Positions 18,001 through 25,479 of a DNA stretch of 64,000 nucleotides are shown here, one piece after another. The stretch comes from Bdellovibrionota bacterium (lineage in GTDB: Bacteria; Bdellovibrionota_C; UBA2361; OMII01): assembly GCA_044337105.1 (NCBI GenBank), contig JBIIOE010000002.1:5511-69510 (forward strand), read 5' to 3'. A program made the translations under genes and the position numbers. How positions within the stretch are numbered: position 1 is the stretch's first letter; every line of letters begins with the position of its first letter. A model generated the notes under the pieces. It was given only the letters and a program-made list of their open reading frames with translations. It ran no database searches and had not been told where the DNA came from.

Positions 18001-20694
18001 ATGTCTACGGATAGCATGTCCAAGCAGTTCGATCACCAAGAGGCTGAAAAACGTATATATCGATTCTGGGAGGAATTGGATCTCTTCCACGGCGTAGTCG
18101 ATCGTTCCAAGAAGCCATTCTGCGTGGTGATACCGCCCCCGAACGTGACGGGCATCCTCCACATGGGGCACGTACTCGACAACATCCCGCAAGATGTCAT
18201 GACACGTTGGCACCGCATGCGGGGCTTTGCCGCTGTATGGATTCCGGGAACTGACCATGCGGGCATCGCCACCCAGAATGTCGTCAAGCGCCAGCTCGAG
18301 AAGGAAGGGATCAAGATGCTCGACCTGGGCAGAGAGGAGTTCCTCAAGCGGGTCTGGCAGTTCAAGGAGAAACACGGTGACATCATCATTGAGCAGCTCA
18401 AGCGGCTCGGATGTTCGTGCGATTGGAAGCGCGAGCGCTTCACGATGGACGAAGGGTTGGCGAAGGCGGTTCTGACCGCTTTTGTACAGCTCTACGACCG
18501 CGGGCTCATCTATCGCGGAAAGCGCATGGTGAACTGGTGCACGGTGTGTGGTACCGCCCTATCGGACGACGAGGTCGAGCACAGTACCCATTCCAGCCAT
18601 TTGTGGCACCTGCGGTATCCGCTGCTCGACCAGGCTGGAAAGCCTACCAATGAATTCTTGATAGTGGCGACTACTAGGCCTGAAACGATGCTGGGCGATA
18701 CCGGTGTTGCGGTTCATCCTGATGACGAGCGCTACAAGGCTGTTGTCGGTCGGCAGGTTATGCTGCCTATTCAAAATCGTCCTATCCCCGTAGTTGCGGA
18801 TTCTTTTGTGGACACAACGTTTGGCACCGGTGTCGTAAAGCTCACCCCGGCCCACGATCCGAACGACTATGCAGTGAGCCTCAAGCATGGACTGTCATTG
18901 GAGGTTGTCATCGGAGACAACGGCAAGATGACTCCGGCGGCAGGCTCGGCCTACGCAGGACTCGATCGCTATGAGGCTCGTAAGAGGGTCGTAGCCGATC
19001 TCGAGGCTCTCGAGCTGATGGAGAAGATTGAGAAGCACTCGCACGCCGTGGGTGAGTGTTATCGGTGCAAGAGCGTGTTGGAGCCGAAGGTCTCCGATCA
19101 GTGGTTCGTCAAGATGCAGCCGCTCGCAGAGAAAGCCAAGCAGGTCGTAAATGACGGACGCCTCACAATAGTGCCGGAATCCGAGAAGCACGACTACTTC
19201 CACTGGATGGATACTATCCAGGATTGGTGCATATCGCGGCAGCTCTGGTGGGGACACCGTATTCCCGTCTACTACTGTCAGAGTTGTCCTCACATTGTGG
19301 CAGCGGTCGAAGCGCCAACGAGTTGCGAGAAGTGTGGAGGAGCTTCGTTCAAACAGGACGAGGATGTTCTTGATACCTGGTTCTCCTCGCAGTTGTGGCC
19401 TTTCTCTACCCTCGGATGGCCGGAAAAGACCGACGAGCTGGACTTTTGGTTCCCGAACGCCTGGTTGATGTCAGGAAGGGATATCCTCTTTTTCTGGGAT
19501 GCGCGCATGATTATGTCTGCGCTGGAGCTTCTCGGTGATGTGCCGTTTAAAACCTTGGTGTTGCACGGTCTGGTACGTGACGCACAGGGGAGGAAGCTCT
19601 CCAAATCGCTGGGCAACTCGCCAGATCCTCTCGATCTGTTTAACAAGTACGGGACGGACGCAGTTCGTGTGGCGATAGCGCTCAATTACCCGATGGGGCG
19701 TCAGGATACCCGCCTGAGCGAAGAGATATTCAAAAACGGACAGGGATTGGTGATCAAGCTATGGAACGCCACCAAGCTCTTTCTCGGAAATCTCGGAGAG
19801 CAGGGGCTTTCATTCGACTCGCGAGCGATGAATCTGACTGCGCTTGAGGATCGCTGGATCGTGTCGCGGCTCGGGGAAGCAGTCCGAGCGCACGATTCAT
19901 ACCTGGAGAAGAACGACTTAGTTCATGCATGTGGTGCAGTTAACAGCTTCTTCTGGAACGACTACTGCGATTGGTACCTCGAGATCGTAAAACCGCGCCT
20001 GTGGGGCGATGGGGAGTCCAAGCACGCGGCCTTAGCGGCCGCGGCTCTATGCGAGCGTACACTGCTCAAGCTCCTGCATCCGTACATGCCGTTTGTGACC
20101 GAGGAGCTCTGGCAGGTCTTGAAGACCCGGGGCGTTGTCGATAAGGGCGGCCTGGGCGACGAGCGTTCCATCTGCGTTGCTTCGTGGCCGGATGCCGAGC
20201 TTCTCGCCAAAGATAGCGCAGCAGAAGCACAGATCGATCTGATGGCCTCGCTCGTGAGAGGTATCCGCGATATCCGACAGAATCTGAACATCTCAGCCAA
20301 GGCTCCACTCAAGGTCCGCATGTTGTTCCTCAACGAAGCTGCGCGTGGAAACTTCGAACCGGTGCGTTTGGTCGCGCAGTCGATCGGTGCCGTGGAGGCG
20401 TTCTCTGACCATGCAGGGGAGGGGATTCCGTCGGGCCATGTGCCTCTGAAGTTCAACGGAGGAATCGGATACGTTCAAGTGCCCTCGGATATCGATGTGA
20501 AAGAGATCACGTCGAAGCTCTCGGTAAGGGTCGATAAGCTCGAAAAGCAGTTGGCAGGTGTAGAGAGAAACTTGGCGAATTCCGAATTCGTTGCTAACGC
20601 CCCAGCTGCGTTGGTAGAGGAGACGCGCGGCAAGGCTAGTGAGCTTCGCGAATCGATCGCCAGACTGGATGAGTTCCGTAAGTCTTTACAGTAA
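18001..20694 (+). CDS. valS: valine--tRNA ligase
   Basis: HIGH-type 'PPPNVTGILHMGHV', KMSKS 'KLSKSLGN', and a ValRS C-terminal coiled coil. 897 aa. Confidence 0.95.
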   Translation: MSTDSMSKQFDHQEAEKRIYRFWEELDLFHGVVDRSKKPFCVVIPPPNVTGILHMGHVLDNIPQDVMTRWHRMRGFAAVWIPGTDHAGIATQNVVKRQLEKEGIKMLDLGREEFLKRVWQFKEKHGDIIIEQLKRLGCSCDWKRERFTMDEGLAKAVLTAFVQLYDRGLIYRGKRMVNWCTVCGTALSDDEVEHSTHSSHLWHLRYPLLDQAGKPTNEFLIVATTRPETMLGDTGVAVHPDDERYKAVVGRQVMLPIQNRPIPVVADSFVDTTFGTGVVKLTPAHDPNDYAVSLKHGLSLEVVIGDNGKMTPAAGSAYAGLDRYEARKRVVADLEALELMEKIEKHSHAVGECYRCKSVLEPKVSDQWFVKMQPLAEKAKQVVNDGRLTIVPESEKHDYFHWMDTIQDWCISRQLWWGHRIPVYYCQSCPHIVAAVEAPTSCEKCGGASFKQDEDVLDTWFSSQLWPFSTLGWPEKTDELDFWFPNAWLMSGRDILFFWDARMIMSALELLGDVPFKTLVLHGLVRDAQGRKLSKSLGNSPDPLDLFNKYGTDAVRVAIALNYPMGRQDTRLSEEIFKNGQGLVIKLWNATKLFLGNLGEQGLSFDSRAMNLTALEDRWIVSRLGEAVRAHDSYLEKNDLVHACGAVNSFFWNDYCDWYLEIVKPRLWGDGESKHAALAAAALCERTLLKLLHPYMPFVTEELWQVLKTRGVVDKGGLGDERSICVASWPDAELLAKDSAAEAQIDLMASLVRGIRDIRQNLNISAKAPLKVRMLFLNEAARGNFEPVRLVAQSIGAVEAFSDHAGEGIPSGHVPLKFNGGIGYVQVPSDIDVKEITSKLSVRVDKLEKQLAGVERNLANSEFVANAPAALVEETRGKASELRESIARLDEFRKSLQ

Positions 20695-20711
20695 ACAGAG
20701 AGGAAAATTCT

Positions 20712-20945
20712 ATGACGACAGGAAAGGTAAAGATAACCATCAAAAATAACGGTCCTTTGCGTGTAGAGGGAGGCGAGTTCGAGATCTGCGACGCTTCAGG
20801 AAAGACCTTTGATCTCGGCGGTCGCGCGGCTGTTTCGATCTGTCGCTGCGGGCATTCGCAGAAGCAGCCGTTTTGCGACGGCTCGCACGGTCAGTGTGGC
20901 TTTTGTTCAGAGGTAGCTGCGTACGATCTGCCTCCAAAGGCCTGA
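20712..20945 (+). CDS. CDGSH iron-sulfur domain protein
   Basis: 'CRCGHSQKQPFCDGSHGQCG' matches the CDGSH [2Fe-2S] motif. Begins 18 nt after the valS stop. Confidence 0.85.
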   Translation: MTTGKVKITIKNNGPLRVEGGEFEICDASGKTFDLGGRAAVSICRCGHSQKQPFCDGSHGQCGFCSEVAAYDLPPKA

Positions 20946-20976
20946 AAACAGGTGACTGCGCCTTTGTTGGGTGTGT

Positions 20977-21122
20977 ATAGCGTTCACCAAAAGTCCGTAG
21001 CGAGATCACGACTTTTGGAGAACGCTATCGATTCGCGGATGCGAATCAAAACAACAACCTATAGTGATGTACAGCAAAAGCCTTGCCAGTTTTACTGGCA
21101 CGGACTTTTGCACATCGCTATA
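20977..21122. repeat. hairpin repeat, family 2, copy 1 (three stacked hairpins)
   Basis: The first hairpin is 20977..21028, a 19-bp stem ATAGCGTTCaCCAAAAGTC/GACTTTTGGaGAACGCTAT. A 7-bp hairpin GATTCGC-GGAT-GCGAATC follows. The third hairpin is 21059..21122, with the same TATAGTGATGT/ACATCGCTATA module as copy 2. Confidence 0.7.
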
Positions 21123-21614
21123 GACCCAGTAAAGGCGCCCGCTCCGTTCTTGAGTACGGCAGTCGTCCATGTTACATGGATATGGTTTGGGGCGTAGTTC
21201 CCCTCAAATTTGGGTCTCTCGCACTTCTCTGGCGAGCTTGTGGAGTACTCGAGAGAGTCTCTGCATGAGTGACGCTACGTACCTGCAAATTACGACTTTA
21301 GGCAGTATCTAGTCCCGCCTGTTAGAGGCTTAATCTCAGCGGATCTGTTTCCTGTTCTTTTACATCGCCGCATCGCCGTATGACCTGCGATTGGCTTCTG
21401 TAGTGGGTATGTACAAGTCCACCTGATTCATCTTTCGTGCTGACGAATTGTCGGCAGAAAAGAGGATCGGGGAGGAAGAGAGCTTATAAGGTTTTTTGAA
21501 CCTCCTGCGTCAGAGCACTTTACGTTGCCTGTGTGCGCTCCCTCGTTCGTCTTTTGGGGTGAACAGGGGAGCGCACATTGGATGCGTGTGTTTTTTCGCT
21601 AGAGGAGACCAATA

Positions 21615-22118
21615 ATGAGCCAAATAACAGAGCTCGTGAGGATTGATTTTGAGAAGGCGGCGGATGAATACCTCGCAAGCGAGGAGTTCCGGACAGTTTT
21701 CGAGCGAATCAAATCCTGGAGAGAAGAGGTGGCGGTACTTGCCACCAATCCTCCAAATCACATAGGTGATTTTGAAGACGGCACGATGCACATCGTGCTA
21801 GGGCAGCAAAATGTTGATGCAACGTTGAGTCGGCATGCGGATTCAGCCAACTCAGATTCTTCCTTTGCAATAATCAAGCAGGGGAGATTCCACCAGATCG
21901 TTGAAGCCTTGATAAACTTGAAAGGAGAAAGCCAGCGCGAAGCTGCTATGGCCTTTTACGTCCGTGCCACCAATGGGGCCTTGGTGAGTTCCACCGAGCA
22001 ATGGAAGCGAGTCGCAGGCAAATGTGGGAGCAACTATCCTGCAACCCTTGAGAACCCGATGTACCGTCTCGTTTGCGAGCGTATATTACGTGCGTTCTTA
22101 GAGCATGGTTGGGTATAA
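21615..22118 (+). CDS. hypothetical protein in a low-GC islet
   Basis: 167-aa ORF at about 50% GC (surroundings about 58-60%), bracketed by family-2 repeat copies. No domain recognised. Confidence 0.4.
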   Translation: MSQITELVRIDFEKAADEYLASEEFRTVFERIKSWREEVAVLATNPPNHIGDFEDGTMHIVLGQQNVDATLSRHADSANSDSSFAIIKQGRFHQIVEALINLKGESQREAAMAFYVRATNGALVSSTEQWKRVAGKCGSNYPATLENPMYRLVCERILRAFLEHGWV

Positions 22119-22217
22119 TCCAGCCGGCTTCTTGAATCGTTGATACCCCGAGCAGCACAGTGAGGTTAGGAAGAGATCCAAAAGCTCTCTCCTCCTGACC
22201 TCCATTTTTTGGCCCCT

Positions 22218-22270
22218 AGAGCGTTCTCCAAAGTTCGTAGCGAGATTACGACTTTTGCACATCTCTATAG
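22218..22270. repeat. hairpin repeat, family 2, copy 3 (deletion chimera of hairpin-2 and hairpin-1 ends)
   Basis: AGAGCGTTCTCCAAAGTTCGTAGCGAGATTACGACTTTTG is joined directly to CACATCTCTATAG. The breakpoint is in GACTTTTG, which both modules share. Confidence 0.6.
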
Positions 22271-22303
22271 TAAAGTTGCATTCAAAGGGAATGCTAATCC
22301 CAA

Positions 22304-23422
22304 TTATTCCTTGGTCGTAATCTTCGCAATCTCCCCCTCAAGAGTTGCCACATACAGCTCCCCTTCAGCATCTTCTCCGAACGAGGTGATGTGACGATTG
22401 GTTTTGAAGAGTACTTCACGTTTCCATGAGTTGGCCTGTTCGGTGAGGTACCAGATCGTCCCCGAACCGTGATCGCCGAATATGTAACATCCATTCAGTT
22501 TGGATATCTTTCTTCCCCGATATACGAAGCCTCCTGTGACGCTTCTGCCTTCGTCGTGCGCGTATTCCGCGATAGGGGGTGTGAATTTCGACGCATCGCA
22601 CGGTGGTTTGAAGCATGACGTTCCTTCGAAGGTATTCCATCCGTAATTCTTGCCGCGCTCGACGATATTGATCTCTTCTCGGGAATTTTCTCCGACATCT
22701 GCGGCGAAGAGTCGGCCCGTGGCTCGGTCGAAGGAGAATCTCCACGGGTTTCGGAATCCCAATGCCCAGATCTCCGCCAATGAGTGATTTCCTGGCGAAA
22801 GCGGATTATCACGGGGAACCTTGTAGGGGCCGGTTTCCGAAACATCGATACGCAGGATCTTGCCGAGCATGGAGCTTTTGTTCTGGGCGTTTCCGGACGG
22901 GTCTCCTTGTCCGCCGCCGTCGCCGAGTCCTATGTAGAGGTACCCGTCTGGTCCGAAGGCAAGTTGCCCGCCGTTGTGGTTCGCAGCGGGTTGAACGATC
23001 TTGAGGACAACGGACAAGGATTCTTCGTCGAGGCGATCGTTTGTTTCGGGTGAAAAGGTTCCGATGATCGAATCGCCTTGGCGGTCCGTGAAGTACACGA
23101 AGACCCGTTTGTCGTTCGGATACGAGGGCGGAAAGGCGAGCCCCAGGAGGCCTTGCTCCGTTCCGGTGCTGACGAGGTCTTCGATGTCGAGAAACACAGA
23201 GCGACGAACTTTGCCGTCTGCAAAAATCTTTACCAGCCCATCCTTCTCAATAATGTAAAGGCGATCGCCCTGTCCGGGAGCAACGGCTATTCCCACCGGC
23301 TTGTCCAGCCCATAAGCGATCGGCTCAAGCCGCACCTCTGTACTAGCAGGAGTCGGGGTGTTGGCAATGGAGGGCTGAGCAACTACAGGTAGGGCGCCAA
23401 TCGAAGAGACGACGCCCATCAT
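22304..23422 (-). CDS. PQQ-dependent sugar dehydrogenase (soluble glucose/sorbosone dehydrogenase family)
   Basis: 'HNGGQLAFGPDGYLYIGLGDGGGQGDP' and 'LLGLAFPP' are typical of the GSDH beta-propeller. The start was trimmed to the internal Met that begins the signal peptide 'MMGVVSSIGALPVVAQ'. Confidence 0.8.
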   Translation of the reverse strand: MMGVVSSIGALPVVAQPSIANTPTPASTEVRLEPIAYGLDKPVGIAVAPGQGDRLYIIEKDGLVKIFADGKVRRSVFLDIEDLVSTGTEQGLLGLAFPPSYPNDKRVFVYFTDRQGDSIIGTFSPETNDRLDEESLSVVLKIVQPAANHNGGQLAFGPDGYLYIGLGDGGGQGDPSGNAQNKSSMLGKILRIDVSETGPYKVPRDNPLSPGNHSLAEIWALGFRNPWRFSFDRATGRLFAADVGENSREEINIVERGKNYGWNTFEGTSCFKPPCDASKFTPPIAEYAHDEGRSVTGGFVYRGRKISKLNGCYIFGDHGSGTIWYLTEQANSWKREVLFKTNRHITSFGEDAEGELYVATLEGEIAKITTKE

Positions 23423-23462
23423 AGCGAGTTTCAGAGCGAAGCAAAGGACTCTCTTGGTGTCC

Positions 23463-24683
23463 TCAAGCCCCTTCAAGTACGCCCGATATAGCCTCGCAGA
23501 TGTAATCAACGTTCCCCTCATTGATGGCAGCAAGACATATTCTCCCGCTCTCGATAGCGTAGATATGATACCGGTCCCTCAGTGAGCGGACTGCTTCGGC
23601 CGAGAGTCCGGAATACGAAAACATTCCCCGTTGTTTCAGAATAAAGGAGAAGTCTCTATCTGGTACGCTGGCGGCTAACTTGGAGCAGAAGAGGTGACGC
23701 ATGGAGTGAATACGCTCGCGCATCTCTCCAAGCTCACGTTCCCACGTCACACGTAGTTCCGATGAGTTGAGTACGATCGATATCAGCTGTGCCCCATACG
23801 ATGGAGGGCTCGAATACAATGAACGAACGATTCGTTTGAGTTGAGTCAGAACGGCAGTGGCTTCTTGGGCCGAGCCAGTCACAACCGATAGGGCCCCGCA
23901 GCGCTCTCGGTACATCGAGAACGATTTGGCGTACGAGTTCGAGACGATGAAGGTGAGGCCTTTATCGACGAACATTCGAATAGGCGCTGAATCTTCTTGA
24001 ATCCCCTCGGCGAAGCCTTGGTACGCGAAATCGACGAACGGAAGGAGTTCCCGCTCTGCGCAGATATCTACGACCTCTCTCCAGGTGTCGAGGTCGAGAT
24101 CGACGCCGGTCGGGTTGTGGCAACAGGCGTGAAGTAGGACCGCGCTGCGTGAAGGGATCTTTCGCAAGAACTCCAACATCTCCGTCTTTCTGAGGCCTGA
24201 GGTCGCTGGGTCGTAGTACGGATACGTTTCGACCTTGATACCGGCAGCCTCGAAGACGCCTCGGTGATTTTCCCAGCTTGGGTCAGTGATGTACATGGTC
24301 GCGTCGGGCAAGAAACGATGGATCAGGTCGGCTCCGAGTTTCAGAGCTCCGCTACCGCCTACGGACTGAACTGTGACTACGCGCTTCTGGGTAAGAAGCG
24401 GTGAACCCTTTCCGAATAAAAGTTCTTGGGTGGCAGAGTTGTACTGCGCTACGCCGTCAATCGGAAGGTACGTCTTGGTATCCTCCATTTCTAGCCACTG
24501 CTTGGCGGCATGTTTGATCGCCTGGAGTACGGGGATCTTGCCGGTGTCATCTTGATATACGCCGACCCCGAGATTGACCTTTAGGGGGGAGGGGTCGTTT
24601 CTGAATGCCTCTGTCACGCCGAGGATGACATCAGGGGCTGCCGTAGGAATGTTCGCGAAAAACGATGTGCTCATACAATCCAA
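23463..24683 (-). CDS. aspartate/aromatic amino acid aminotransferase (class I, AspC/TyrB-like)
   Basis: 'SNSYAKSFSMYRERCGALSVV' (PLP-lysine region, compare SKNFGLYGERVG) and 'GVGVYQDDTGKIPVL'. 406 aa. Confidence 0.85.
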   Translation of the reverse strand: MDCMSTSFFANIPTAAPDVILGVTEAFRNDPSPLKVNLGVGVYQDDTGKIPVLQAIKHAAKQWLEMEDTKTYLPIDGVAQYNSATQELLFGKGSPLLTQKRVVTVQSVGGSGALKLGADLIHRFLPDATMYITDPSWENHRGVFEAAGIKVETYPYYDPATSGLRKTEMLEFLRKIPSRSAVLLHACCHNPTGVDLDLDTWREVVDICAERELLPFVDFAYQGFAEGIQEDSAPIRMFVDKGLTFIVSNSYAKSFSMYRERCGALSVVTGSAQEATAVLTQLKRIVRSLYSSPPSYGAQLISIVLNSSELRVTWERELGEMRERIHSMRHLFCSKLAASVPDRDFSFILKQRGMFSYSGLSAEAVRSLRDRYHIYAIESGRICLAAINEGNVDYICEAISGVLEGA

Positions 24684-24699
24684 TCAAGAAAACAGAGAC

Positions 24700-24790
24700 G
24701 CAAGAAGTGAAGCAAAACCTACCCGCAGCGAGAAAGTGAAGGCTGGGTTGCTCTATTCGCTTTCGTAGCAGGGAGGCTCTTGCCTGGTAC
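24700..24790 (+). repeat. family-1 inverted-repeat element, short (ends-only) derivative, copy C
   Basis: GAAGCAAAACCTACCCGCAGCGAGAAAGTGAAGGCTGGGTTGC ... TTCGCTTTCGTAGCAGGGAGGCTCTTGCC. It matches both arms of the full-length copies but lacks the about 100-bp core. Confidence 0.7.
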
Positions 24791-24861
24791 GGTACCATAT
24801 GAATCCGCACTGAGCCACCTGTTGGGAGGGGCTTTGCCTTGCTGCCCTGGGTGTAGCGGTC

Positions 24862-25446
24862 TTACTCCCCAAGAAATCCCATGTCGATGTTCAATAGTCG
24901 CACGACACCGAGCTGCGCTACTACGATAAGAAGCAGCACAAATTGAAAAGCGGCTTTGCGCGTCTTGTGCTTGAACACGTGAATTCCCAGTAGCAATCCC
25001 GGAGAACCACCGAGAAGTCCGATAACGAACAAGATGACCTCTGGTGTTCTCATTGAGCCAGAGCGCGCCAGAGACTTGTCGAGCCCCATGAAAAAAACGG
25101 CCCCCACGTTGATCGCTAAAAATGCGGCAGCGAGAGGTGCAAGATCAAAATGCCACCACACCAGGATAGCAACAAGGATAACGAGAGCACCGCACATGGC
25201 GGAATAAAAGATGTAGGGGTTAGTTCCTCGGAGTGCAACAACCTCAATCTGTACGAGCTTTGAGCCCTTGGGCGTCGAGGTAATGATGCCTTGGAGTACG
25301 CTGCCGACCTGAAGGCGAGCGGTATTCCCCGGCACATCGGAAAGTGCAAAAAACACATCTTTTGCGCTGTCTTCAGTACGTACGAATCCGTATCTCCTTT
25401 GGGGATCGATGGTCGATACAGTTCCGGAAACTTTTGATGAACCCAT
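24862..25446 (-). CDS. cold-shock-domain / DUF1294 fusion membrane protein
   Basis: N-terminal 'GTVSTIDPQRRYGFVRTEDSAKDVFF' is an OB-fold CSD-like module. The C-terminal half has 3 TM helices, the DUF1294 architecture. Confidence 0.65.
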   Translation of the reverse strand: MGSSKVSGTVSTIDPQRRYGFVRTEDSAKDVFFALSDVPGNTARLQVGSVLQGIITSTPKGSKLVQIEVVALRGTNPYIFYSAMCGALVILVAILVWWHFDLAPLAAAFLAINVGAVFFMGLDKSLARSGSMRTPEVILFVIGLLGGSPGLLLGIHVFKHKTRKAAFQFVLLLIVVAQLGVVRLLNIDMGFLGE

Positions 25447-25479
25447 AATGCTGTAATTATTAGCACCGCTGATCAGCTA

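Noticed and set aside
17887-18443. 162-aa and 136-aa minus-strand ORFs overlapping the valS 5' end
   Set aside because: They are antisense to the unambiguous valS coding region, have no motifs and show GC-shadow composition.
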